This document shows positions 20,950 to 29,910 of a stretch of 36,711 bases of DNA, one piece after another (the stretch's first letter is position 1; each line of letters starts with the position of its first letter). The position numbers and the translations under genes were made by a program. The notes under the pieces were generated by a model, which ran no database searches, was not told the origin of the DNA, and saw only the letters and a program-made list of their open reading frames with translations. The DNA is taken from the sequence record SRR31147125_413; one strand, 5' to 3'.

Positions 20950-21601
20950 TGAAAAAAATGAAAAACCTACAACAACTCTATATCAAAAAATAAACACAAT
21001 TTCTGATTGGGTGATTAGACTGGTGATGATTAATATTTTAATCGTCATTACCAGTCTACCTTTAATCACGCTTTTTCCAAGTTTAAGTGCAGGATATAAG
21101 TTATTTCATCAATATGTTAATCAAGAAGAAGTGAAATTGTTTAAAAACTACTTTGTTTATTTTAAAGAAAATTTTAAAAAGAAATTGTTGCTTGGTCTTT
21201 CGCTTACAATCATTATTATTCTAGGCTATGTGAATTCAACATATTATGTTGATTTCTTAAATGAATCTGTCACTTGGTTTTATGCTGTTGGTTATTACGT
21301 GACACTCACCGTGCTTGTGATCGCATTACTTGTAAATTTGTATGCATTGACTGTTATTACTTTTGCACCACATGCACGTATCGGACTCATCTATAAATTT
21401 TCACTATATTTATCAGGTAAGTTCTTTATACAAACGATTTTATTATTTTTAACATTATCCATACCATTGGTATTACTAATGATACCAACATTGCATATTG
21501 TCTTAGTGTTCGCAGGATTTAGTATACCCGTTTTATTAAATGTTTTAATATCACAAAAAGTTGTTACATATATAAAGGAATTGATGGAAACCAATGATTA
21601 A
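20949..21601 (+). CDS. YesL/DUF624-like membrane protein; apparent frameshift near 5' end
   Basis: DWVIRLVMINIL...LITLFPSLSA...FKENFKK pattern with several TMs. The frame of ORF 21011 is open back to a stop at 20939. ATG 20949 (TAATG overlap) joins it with one extra A in A7 (20952-20958) or A6 (20985-20990). Confidence 0.72.
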
Positions 21602-22736
21602 ATGTGGGATAGACCAAATCGATCAATATCTTGATCTATTTGAAGGTATGCGTGTAGGATTAATGACTAATCCAACAGGTATGAATCAAAATTTAATATC
21701 AACAATTGATCTATTGAACGAAAAAACAAATCTTGTAAGTTTATTTGCTCCTGAACATGGGATACGTGGAGAGCTTCAAGCTGGTGTTCATTTTGATGAT
21801 TATATTGATCATGAAACACATTGTAAAGTTTATTCAGTTTATGGAAAATTAAAGGCCCCTACAGATGATATGCTAAAGGTGATAGATGTGATGTGTTTTG
21901 ACATTCAAGATGTCGGTGCAAGATTTTACACATTTATTTATAGTATGGCTTATGCCATGATGGCATGTGCTAAAAATAATGTATCATTTGTTGTCTTTGA
22001 TCGTCCTAATCCTGTTGGCGGATTAAAAGTTGAAGGAAATATCTTAGATATAGCATATCGTTCATTTGTTGGATATTATCCAATCACTCAACGTTATGGT
22101 CTCACCATCGGTGAACTTGCACTATATTTTAATGATGTCTATGATATAGGTTGTGATTTAAAGGTTATTCCTTTAAAAGGATGGAAAAGATCCATGCATT
22201 ATCAAGATCTTGATATCCCATGGATCATGCCTAGTCCTAATATACCAACACCGTTAACGACTTTTGCTTATTTAGCAACATGTTATTTCGAAGGAACGAA
22301 TGTGAGTGAAGGACGAGGTACAACTAGACCTTTTGAAATGATTGGTGCGCCTTGGTTAGATGCATCTCTCATGATTAAATATCTTAATCAACAAAATTTC
22401 AAAGGTGTTAAATTTAGAAAAGTATACTTCACACCTAGTTTTTCAAAATACAAAGATACTTTATGTGAAGGTATTGATATATTAATTACTGATAGTCATT
22501 TATTTGAACCAGTAAAAGTTGGCATGCATTTATTGTATCTCATTCAAAAGCATCACACATCATTTGAAATACGTGCACCTTTTAAAAAAGGTAAGCATTG
22601 CATGCTTGAATATCTACTTGGTCAAGGATATTTAACAGATCATAAAAAAACACTTGTTCAAGTGATAGATCAAATGGATAAAGATCAAGAAACATTTAAC
22701 AAAATGAAAGGTAAATATCACTTATATGATGAATAG
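21594..22736 (+). CDS. namZ: Exo-beta-N-acetylmuramidase NamZ (DUF1343/YbbC)
   Basis: GLMTNPTG, LFAPEHG, FDIQDVGARFYTF, DRPNP, PSPN.PT and SEGRGTTRPFE motifs; no signal peptide. Confidence 0.93.
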   Translation: MIKCGIDQIDQYLDLFEGMRVGLMTNPTGMNQNLISTIDLLNEKTNLVSLFAPEHGIRGELQAGVHFDDYIDHETHCKVYSVYGKLKAPTDDMLKVIDVMCFDIQDVGARFYTFIYSMAYAMMACAKNNVSFVVFDRPNPVGGLKVEGNILDIAYRSFVGYYPITQRYGLTIGELALYFNDVYDIGCDLKVIPLKGWKRSMHYQDLDIPWIMPSPNIPTPLTTFAYLATCYFEGTNVSEGRGTTRPFEMIGAPWLDASLMIKYLNQQNFKGVKFRKVYFTPSFSKYKDTLCEGIDILITDSHLFEPVKVGMHLLYLIQKHHTSFEIRAPFKKGKHCMLEYLLGQGYLTDHKKTLVQVIDQMDKDQETFNKMKGKYHLYDE

Positions 22737-24306
22737 AAAAACTGATATTAATCAGCTAACAATTGAAGAAAAAATTGGTCAACTATTTATGTATGGGATT
22801 CATGGTCTTGAAGTTACTGATGAGACGATTGAACTTATTAAAACATATAAAGTAGGTAATATCATATTATTCACCAGAAATATTGATTCTAGCAAACAGG
22901 TCTATCAGTTGACACAATCACTACAAAAACTAGCTTATGATCATCTAGAAATACCTTTGCTTATTTCAATTGATCAAGAAGGCGGTATGGTAACAAGAAT
23001 AAAAAATGATGACCTATATTTTCCTGGGGCAATGACATTATCAGCCTATGATGATGAAAAAGCAACCTATCAAGCAGGATGCGATATGGGATTGTTACTT
23101 AAAACACTGGGTATCAATATGAATTTAGCACCTGTATTAGATGTCAATCATAACCCAAAAAATCCAGTCATTGGTGTGAGAAGTTATGGTGACCAAGCAC
23201 AGCAAGTGTCTAAACATGGTCTTGCATTTTTTAAGGGACTTGAAGAACATGTGTTAGCTACCGGCAAACATTTTCCAGGTCATGGTAATACACATGTTGA
23301 TTCACATTTAGGATTACCGACAGTTGATGCAACTATTGAAGAATTAAAATCACTTGATCTTATACCTTTTGTAGATGCAATCAATCAAGATATTTCAGCG
23401 TTAATGACTGCACATATCCATTTTCCTAAGATAGAGGATAAAGGATTACCTGCAACATTAAGTAAGAAAATACTTACAGATTTACTTAGAAACGAACTCA
23501 ATTTTAAAGGATTAATTGTAACAGATGGTATGCAAATGGATGCGATTAGTAAAATATATGGTACGGTCAAAGGTTGTGAACTATCAATTTTTGCTGGTGC
23601 TGATATGTCACTGATTTGTCATTCACATGAACTACAAATCAAAACGATTAATCACTTTAAATCATTATATCAACAAGGTATTTTAACAGATGACCTGTTA
23701 AATGATCGCGTATCAAGAATACTTACCTATAAAGAAAGACTTGATCAAGATATTGATCTTACACAGTCATTTGAAGAAGCATATGATATGCTTCCTATTG
23801 CTGACATGATTGAAAGGAATTATCATGTCGTCGAACAAGCAGCAACACATATTTTAGGTAAGACATATAAACCATATGGAAAAACATTATATGTTGGTAT
23901 TATTCCTTCAATGACATCCATTGCTGATGAGTCACAAGAAGCAATCAATATCGAAAATGAGATTAAAAATTCCATGAACAACATCTCAACAATCATGATT
24001 CCAGTCATGCCAAAGTATCATGACATCAAAGCGGTACTTGCAAAAGCTAGACAAGTAGATCAAGTGGTGATTAACACATATAATGGCAATATTTATCATG
24101 AGCAAATCAAACTCATTGAAGCACTAGCTCAAGAAATTGATGAACTTTATGTGGTTGCTATGAGAAATCCATATGATCTAAATTTCACTGATAAAATTAA
24201 AAATTATACATGTTTATATGAATATACACCACATGCTATAAAAGTTCTGATTAAATATTTAAAAGGAGAACTTATATGTAGAGGAAAGGTGCCAATAACC
24301 CTATGA
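22726..24306 (+). CDS. nagZ: GH3 beta-N-acetylglucosaminidase NagZ
   Basis: IDQEGG.V.R, APVLDV, KHFPGHGNTHVDSH (NagZ signature) and TDGMQM; C-terminal domain with RNPYD; no signal peptide. Confidence 0.93.
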   Translation: MMNRKTDINQLTIEEKIGQLFMYGIHGLEVTDETIELIKTYKVGNIILFTRNIDSSKQVYQLTQSLQKLAYDHLEIPLLISIDQEGGMVTRIKNDDLYFPGAMTLSAYDDEKATYQAGCDMGLLLKTLGINMNLAPVLDVNHNPKNPVIGVRSYGDQAQQVSKHGLAFFKGLEEHVLATGKHFPGHGNTHVDSHLGLPTVDATIEELKSLDLIPFVDAINQDISALMTAHIHFPKIEDKGLPATLSKKILTDLLRNELNFKGLIVTDGMQMDAISKIYGTVKGCELSIFAGADMSLICHSHELQIKTINHFKSLYQQGILTDDLLNDRVSRILTYKERLDQDIDLTQSFEEAYDMLPIADMIERNYHVVEQAATHILGKTYKPYGKTLYVGIIPSMTSIADESQEAINIENEIKNSMNNISTIMIPVMPKYHDIKAVLAKARQVDQVVINTYNGNIYHEQIKLIEALAQEIDELYVVAMRNPYDLNFTDKIKNYTCLYEYTPHAIKVLIKYLKGELICRGKVPITL

Positions 24307-25217
24307 AAAAATATATAATTAGTGTTGATGGTGGAGGCACCAAAACAAATGGTGTACTCTATGATATAAAAGGAAAACCTTTAAAAGAAGAAACGTCAGG
24401 ATATACAAATTTCTATGTCAATGAAACGATTGCACGTAAGCATTTGTTTCAAGTACTAGATGGATTAACACTTGGACTAGTTAAACCTTATCAGTTAGTC
24501 ATCATACTTGGTATATCAGGCAGTACAGGAACAAATAAAGAAGCACTAGAAACTGAGATTAATCAAAAATATCATGCATGTACGTATTTATATAGTGATG
24601 ATATATTAGCACTTCATAGTGTCAAAAAGAATCAAGATATGCAAGTGATTTTGATGATTGGTGGAACAGGTTCATCCATCACATATACATCGGATGACAC
24701 CGTTGCACAAATTGGTGGTTTTGGTCATCTTTTAGGTGATGAAGGATCTGCATATCATGCAAGTATTAAAGCATTGAAATATGTGATTAGACAAATTGAA
24801 GCTAAAGAGCCACTGTCTCTTTTAAGTAAAGAAATATTAAGTTATATGGATGGTTCAACAAAAGATGACATTAAATCATTTGTCTATGGTCATGAAAAAA
24901 CTAAAATTGCTGAAATTGCGACAGTCATTGATCAGTGTGCTAGAAAAAATGATTATACTGCTCAAGAAATTATTAAAAAAGAAGCACAAGAAGCAGCAAG
25001 GCAAATTATTTATGCATACAAAAACATGGATAAACCAGAACGTCTTATCATTGCTCTAAGAGGTGGATTCATTACGAAAGCATATCAAATCGAAGATGTC
25101 TTAACAAAATCACTCGATCAAACAATTATGCACTATCAGTTAGACAAGCAAGCAATACTGCCAACCATCGGTGGTTATTACATGGGGATAAAAATTTTAG
25201 AAAAAGGTGATTGTTAA
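24303..25217 (+). CDS. BadF/BcrAD-type amino sugar kinase (MurK-like MurNAc/GlcNAc kinase)
   Basis: VDGGGTKT, IGGTGS and GGFGHLLGDEGSAY motifs; lies between nagZ and murQ. Confidence 0.85.
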   Translation: MKKYIISVDGGGTKTNGVLYDIKGKPLKEETSGYTNFYVNETIARKHLFQVLDGLTLGLVKPYQLVIILGISGSTGTNKEALETEINQKYHACTYLYSDDILALHSVKKNQDMQVILMIGGTGSSITYTSDDTVAQIGGFGHLLGDEGSAYHASIKALKYVIRQIEAKEPLSLLSKEILSYMDGSTKDDIKSFVYGHEKTKIAEIATVIDQCARKNDYTAQEIIKKEAQEAARQIIYAYKNMDKPERLIIALRGGFITKAYQIEDVLTKSLDQTIMHYQLDKQAILPTIGGYYMGIKILEKGDC

Positions 25218-26119
25218 TGGAACTACATAAAATAAGCACTGAAAAAAGAAATCATAAAACTAAAAATATTGATATATTATCAACTAAACAAATATGTCAA
25301 CTCATTAATGAAGAAGATAAAACAATCGCTTTTGCAGTAGAAAAGGTTATTGATCGTATTGCAGAAGTTGTTGATTTGGTCACTAAAACTTTTCAAAATG
25401 GAGGACGCCTTATCTATATAGGCGCTGGCACAAGTGGAAGACTTGGTGTCTTAGACGCGAGTGAATGTCCACCTACTTTTGGCGTTGATCATAATATGGT
25501 CGTCGGATTGATTGCTGGTGGTGATCATGCGTTACGTTTTGCAGTCGAAGATGTTGAAGATTCATTAGAAGTTGCAAAAGAAGATTTAAAAAACATTGAT
25601 TTAACAAAGAATGATTTTGTTATTGGTATTGCAGCAAGTGGAAGAACACCATATGTTATTGGCGGACTATCCTATGCACGTGAAGTTGGATGTTTAACAG
25701 GATGTATAACAACGAGTGAAAATTCAAAAGTTGCATCAATTTCTCATTATCCAATAGAAGTGATTACAGGTGCTGAACCACTCACTGGATCAACACGTAT
25801 GAAAAGTGGTACCGCACAAAAAATGGTCTTAAATATGATCACAACAACATCAATGGTTAAAATAGGTAAAGTTTATGAAAATTTAATGATTGATGTTCAA
25901 ATGAATAATCAAAAATTAGTATCAAGAGCACAAACAATTGTCATGGATGTCACAGGTGTCAATCTAGATATTGCTCAAAAGTATTTAGAAAAATATGGAT
26001 CGGTTAAATTTGCGATTTTTGCAATACTTAGTAAGATTGATGATTTGCATGAAATCAAACATATTCTTGATCAACATGATGGCAATATTAGGGAATCATT
26101 AAAAAACAACATAAAGTAG
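25217..26119 (+). CDS. murQ: N-acetylmuramic acid 6-phosphate etherase
   Basis: TE.RN, GAGTSGRLGVLDASECPPTF, GIAASGRTPYV and GSTRMKSGTAQK. ATG 25217 follows AAGGTG. Confidence 0.97.
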   Translation: MELHKISTEKRNHKTKNIDILSTKQICQLINEEDKTIAFAVEKVIDRIAEVVDLVTKTFQNGGRLIYIGAGTSGRLGVLDASECPPTFGVDHNMVVGLIAGGDHALRFAVEDVEDSLEVAKEDLKNIDLTKNDFVIGIAASGRTPYVIGGLSYAREVGCLTGCITTSENSKVASISHYPIEVITGAEPLTGSTRMKSGTAQKMVLNMITTTSMVKIGKVYENLMIDVQMNNQKLVSRAQTIVMDVTGVNLDIAQKYLEKYGSVKFAIFAILSKIDDLHEIKHILDQHDGNIRESLKNNIK

Positions 26120-26128
26120 GGAAAACAC

Positions 26129-26850
26129 ATGAAAATTATCAAATGTGATCACTATGATGATATGAGTGAAAAAGCAGCACAAATCATCATCAGTGATATG
26201 AAAGAAAAAAAGAATATTGTCTTAGGACTTGCAACTGGATCAACACCTCTAGGACTATATAAAACTCTTATAAAAGCATATCAAAAACAAGAAATTTCTT
26301 TTAGAGATGTAATGACTTTCAATTTAGATGAATATATTGGCATAAGTCAAAATCATCAGGAAAGTTATTATCAATACATGATGAATCATTTATTCAAACA
26401 CGTGGATATAAAAAAGAAAATATCAACTTACCGAATAACGATAAAGACCAAATCAAAGCACATATCGATGCATACAATCAAAAAATGAAACAACATCCGA
26501 TTGATGTTCAAGTTTTAGGGATTGGTGAAAATGGACATATTGGGTTTAATGAACCAGGCACACCATTTGAAAATGAGACGTTTATTGTTGATTTAGATGA
26601 AGATACAAGAATAGCAAATCAAAGATTTTTTAATTCACTTGATGAAGTACCTAAAAAAGCAATGACCATGGGTATTAAAAATATTATGAGAAGTAAAAAA
26701 ATCATTTTACTTGCATCAGGTATCAAAAAAGCAGAAGCTATTCAGGAAATGATTGAAGGTCCAGTAACAACAATGCATCCTGCATCCATTTTACAACTTC
26801 ATCCAAACGTAATTGTTTGTGTTGATCAAGAAGCAGGGTCATTGATTTAG
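26129..26850 (+). pseudogene. nagB: Glucosamine-6-phosphate deaminase; frameshifted as sequenced
   Basis: GLATGSTP and FNLDEY in ORF 26129-26488; LGIGENGHIGFNEP and PASILQLH in ORF 26485-26850. One extra A in A6 at 26410-26415 gives HVDIKKENINLP and a full-length NagB. Confidence 0.93.
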
Positions 26851-27468
26851 ATGAAAGTTTTATTCTTTGGAGATAGTATCACTGAAGCGCATCGACAAGT
26901 ATTGAATCCTTTGGATCTTGGATATGGTTTTGTTAAATTATTAAGTGATCAATATCCACACATTCAATTTGTAAATCGAGGTATAAGTGGACATAAAACC
27001 ACAGATTTATTACACCGGTTTGAAAGAGATGTCGTACTTGAAAAACCTGACATAGTTTTTCTATTTGTAGGTATCAATGATGCGTGGCACCCACATCTTC
27101 ATCAATATCATTTTAATTTCAATGATTTTTTAACACAATATAAAGCATTGGTTAAAAGACTTTTACATGTCAAAACAATAAAGCATCTATATCTTGTCCT
27201 ACCACATGTATTTAAAATACATCATATTGACCAAGATACATTTGATGATATTGAATTAGTTAGAAAAGAGATTCTAAAATATTCACATAAATATGAATTA
27301 TCATGTGTAAGTTTTGATGAAAAGTTTGAAATAGCACTTAAAACAATAGAACCATCTAGAATTTTAGGTGATGGTGTTCATCCAACTGCCCTTGGATATG
27401 AATTGATGTATGAAGTTTTTGTGGATTTTATAGAGAATGAAAATAGTTTAGTAGAGGTAGAAAAATGA
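26851..27468 (+). CDS. SGNH/GDSL hydrolase (acetylesterase-like)
   Basis: Blocks GDSIT, NRGISG, GIND and DGVHP; no signal peptide. Confidence 0.88.
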   Translation: MKVLFFGDSITEAHRQVLNPLDLGYGFVKLLSDQYPHIQFVNRGISGHKTTDLLHRFERDVVLEKPDIVFLFVGINDAWHPHLHQYHFNFNDFLTQYKALVKRLLHVKTIKHLYLVLPHVFKIHHIDQDTFDDIELVRKEILKYSHKYELSCVSFDEKFEIALKTIEPSRILGDGVHPTALGYELMYEVFVDFIENENSLVEVEK

Positions 27469-28316
27469 AATTATTAAAAGAAAAAGCTGAATTTTATGTA
27501 TGTGATGAAACACCAATTGAACAAGCGATTGAAAGAACAACACATATGAGTATAGCAGCACACCAAGATGATATAGAAATTATGGCATATGAAGGTATTT
27601 CAACATGCTTTAACAATGAAAATAATTGGTTTTTTGGTGTTGTTGTGACTAATGGTGCTGGTTCATCTAGAATTGGTGAATATGCCAACTATACAAATGA
27701 AGATATGATGAAGATTCGCAAATTAGAACAGAAAAAAGCAGCCTATATTGGAGAATTTGGCGCACTTGCGCTACTGGATCATCCGAGTGCTGAAGTTAAA
27801 CATCCAGATGGTGAAGATGTTGTTGATGAATTAAAAGATTTATTGTACGCAGCTAAACCAAAGATACTCTATACACATAATCTTGCAGATAAACATGATA
27901 CACATATTGGTGTGGCAACAAAAGTCATACGTGCACTTAGAAAACTAGACAAAAAAGATCGTCCAGAAAAAGTCATTGGTTGTGAAGTATGGCGTGATCT
28001 TGACTGGCTACTTGATGGATCTAAAATTAAAATGGATGCAAGTAAACATCCAAATATCGCATCAAGTCTTGTTGAAGTTTTCGATTCTCAAATTATTGGT
28101 GGTAAACGCTATGATTTAGCAGCCATTGGGAGAAGACTAGCGAATGCTACTTTTTCTGAATCACATGCTTCAGATAAATCAAATGCAGTTATTCACGGTA
28201 TGGATTTAACACCATTAATAGAAGATGATAATTTAGATATCGCATCATATATCACTTCTTATATTGATGCATTTAAAGAAGATGTATCACAAAAAATTAA
28301 TAAAATGTTAAAGTAA
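27465..28316 (+). CDS. PIG-L/LmbE family N-deacetylase
   Basis: AAHQDDIE metal motif, VTNG, RKLEQKKA and THNLADKHDTH. Confidence 0.85.
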   Translation: MKLLKEKAEFYVCDETPIEQAIERTTHMSIAAHQDDIEIMAYEGISTCFNNENNWFFGVVVTNGAGSSRIGEYANYTNEDMMKIRKLEQKKAAYIGEFGALALLDHPSAEVKHPDGEDVVDELKDLLYAAKPKILYTHNLADKHDTHIGVATKVIRALRKLDKKDRPEKVIGCEVWRDLDWLLDGSKIKMDASKHPNIASSLVEVFDSQIIGGKRYDLAAIGRRLANATFSESHASDKSNAVIHGMDLTPLIEDDNLDIASYITSYIDAFKEDVSQKINKMLK

Positions 28317-28472
28317 AAGTTATCTTTTTGGATATATACCAAGAGAGAAAAATATTTTTATCTACACCTCATGACTAGAAATAAGACCGAACAAATAAAA
28401 AATATTGGCGATTCATTTTTTATTGATATTGTTTGGTCTCATTTTTAGTTAAAAAACAAAAGGAGTATGTGT

Positions 28473-29864
28473 ATGTATAAAAAAATAACCAAAGCAGATA
28501 TTTTGTATTTTAAAAATATTGAAGGTGTTATTGTAGAAGAAAAAAATGAGATTGACGAAGCATTTTATCATGATGAATTAGGCACAGTATCTCAAGTACC
28601 TGATCTGCATATGTATGTCTATGATAAATATCAAGTCTCTAAAGTCATGCAATATGCATATCAAGAAAGAATATGTGTCACAGTTAGAGGAGCAGGTACT
28701 GGACTTGTTGGTGCAAGCGTAGCTATCCATGGTGGTATTTTACTTGATATGTCAAAAATGAATCAAATAATTGAACTTGACAAGACAAATTTAACACTAA
28801 CCGTTGAACCTGGCGTATTGTTAAAAGATATTTATGCATGTGTTGAATCTGAAAATCTATTTTATGCACCTGATCCTGGACAAAAACTTGCGACTATTGG
28901 TGGCAATATATCAACAAACGCAGGTGGTATGCGTGCCATTAAATATGGTGTGACTAGAGATTGGATTAGAGGACTAGAAGTCGTTCTACCTAATGGAACC
29001 ATTGAACGTTTTGGAGGAAAAGTTGTAAAAAACTCTACAGGTTATGCACTTAAAGACTTAATGATTGGTAGTGAAGGAACACTTGCTATTATTGTTGAAG
29101 CTACTTTAAAACTTATACCTAAACCAAAATATCAAAAAAGTTTGCTTGTTCCATTTAAAAAAGTTGATGATGCCATTAAAGCAGCACCACAAATTATTAT
29201 TAATCACGTCCTACCTACTGCAGTTGAGTATTTAGAAAGACAATCACTACAGTATAGTGAAGCATTTTTAGGTAGAAAAATAGAACATAATGAGTTTGAA
29301 GCTTATTTACTTCTAAGTTATGATGCACACACAAAGGCATCGCTTGATCATGATATTGATCAAGCAAAATCATTACTCATTAACAATTACCATGCACTAG
29401 ATGTTTTTGATGTTGATACATCAAAGAAAAGAAGTGATGTGTGGAATGTGAGAGATGGTTTTTTAGAAGCTATTAAAGCATCGAGTGATACGATTGATGA
29501 ATGTGATGTCGTATTGCCACGTGCTCATATTTATGAGTTTTTATCATTTGTTAATGCACAAAGTAAAGCATTGGATTTACGTATTCCTTATTTTGGACAT
29601 GTAGGTGATGGGAATCTTCATATCTATTTTTGTAAAGACCATATGGATGAAAACATATGGCAAGAAAAAATTCATGAGGGATTTATCAGACTCTATGACA
29701 AAGCGCAATCATTAGGTGGCCTAATCTCAGGTGAGCATGGCATAGGGTATGCGAAGAAATCATATATGAAACGTTTATTAGGAGAACAACAAATACTACT
29801 TATGAAAGGCATCAAAGAAGTATTTGACCCACATTATATATTAAATCCTAGTAAAATCATATAG
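28473..29864 (+). CDS. FAD-linked 2-hydroxyacid oxidoreductase (GlcD/LctD-like; putative D-lactate dehydrogenase)
   Basis: RGAGTGLVG, TIGGNISTNAGG, IGSEGTL, GHVGDGNLH, SGEHGIG and FDP..ILNP. ATG 28473 lies 7 nt after AGGAG. Confidence 0.87.
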   Translation: MYKKITKADILYFKNIEGVIVEEKNEIDEAFYHDELGTVSQVPDLHMYVYDKYQVSKVMQYAYQERICVTVRGAGTGLVGASVAIHGGILLDMSKMNQIIELDKTNLTLTVEPGVLLKDIYACVESENLFYAPDPGQKLATIGGNISTNAGGMRAIKYGVTRDWIRGLEVVLPNGTIERFGGKVVKNSTGYALKDLMIGSEGTLAIIVEATLKLIPKPKYQKSLLVPFKKVDDAIKAAPQIIINHVLPTAVEYLERQSLQYSEAFLGRKIEHNEFEAYLLLSYDAHTKASLDHDIDQAKSLLINNYHALDVFDVDTSKKRSDVWNVRDGFLEAIKASSDTIDECDVVLPRAHIYEFLSFVNAQSKALDLRIPYFGHVGDGNLHIYFCKDHMDENIWQEKIHEGFIRLYDKAQSLGGLISGEHGIGYAKKSYMKRLLGEQQILLMKGIKEVFDPHYILNPSKII

Positions 29865-29888
29865 CGCTTTCATAATTAGTGATATAAT
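29859..29888 (+). promoter_or_regulatory. Extended -10 promoter of the RpiR gene with a partial cre-like site
   Basis: TGATATAAT at 29880-29888; ATATAGCGCTTTCA at 29859-29872. Confidence 0.5.
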
Positions 29889-29910
29889 ACACATATAACA
29901 ACAATTAGAG

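Noticed and set aside
26410-26416. Programmed -1 frameshift in nagB as an established feature
   Set aside because: A_AAA_AAG is present, but I see no clear downstream stimulatory hairpin, and three other genes show the same one-A loss, pointing to an assembly artefact.
28323-28360. Terminator or RpiR operator after the PIG-L gene
   Set aside because: The stem is weak with G-U pairs and no adjacent U-tract; GAAAAATATTTTT could arise by chance in AT-rich DNA.
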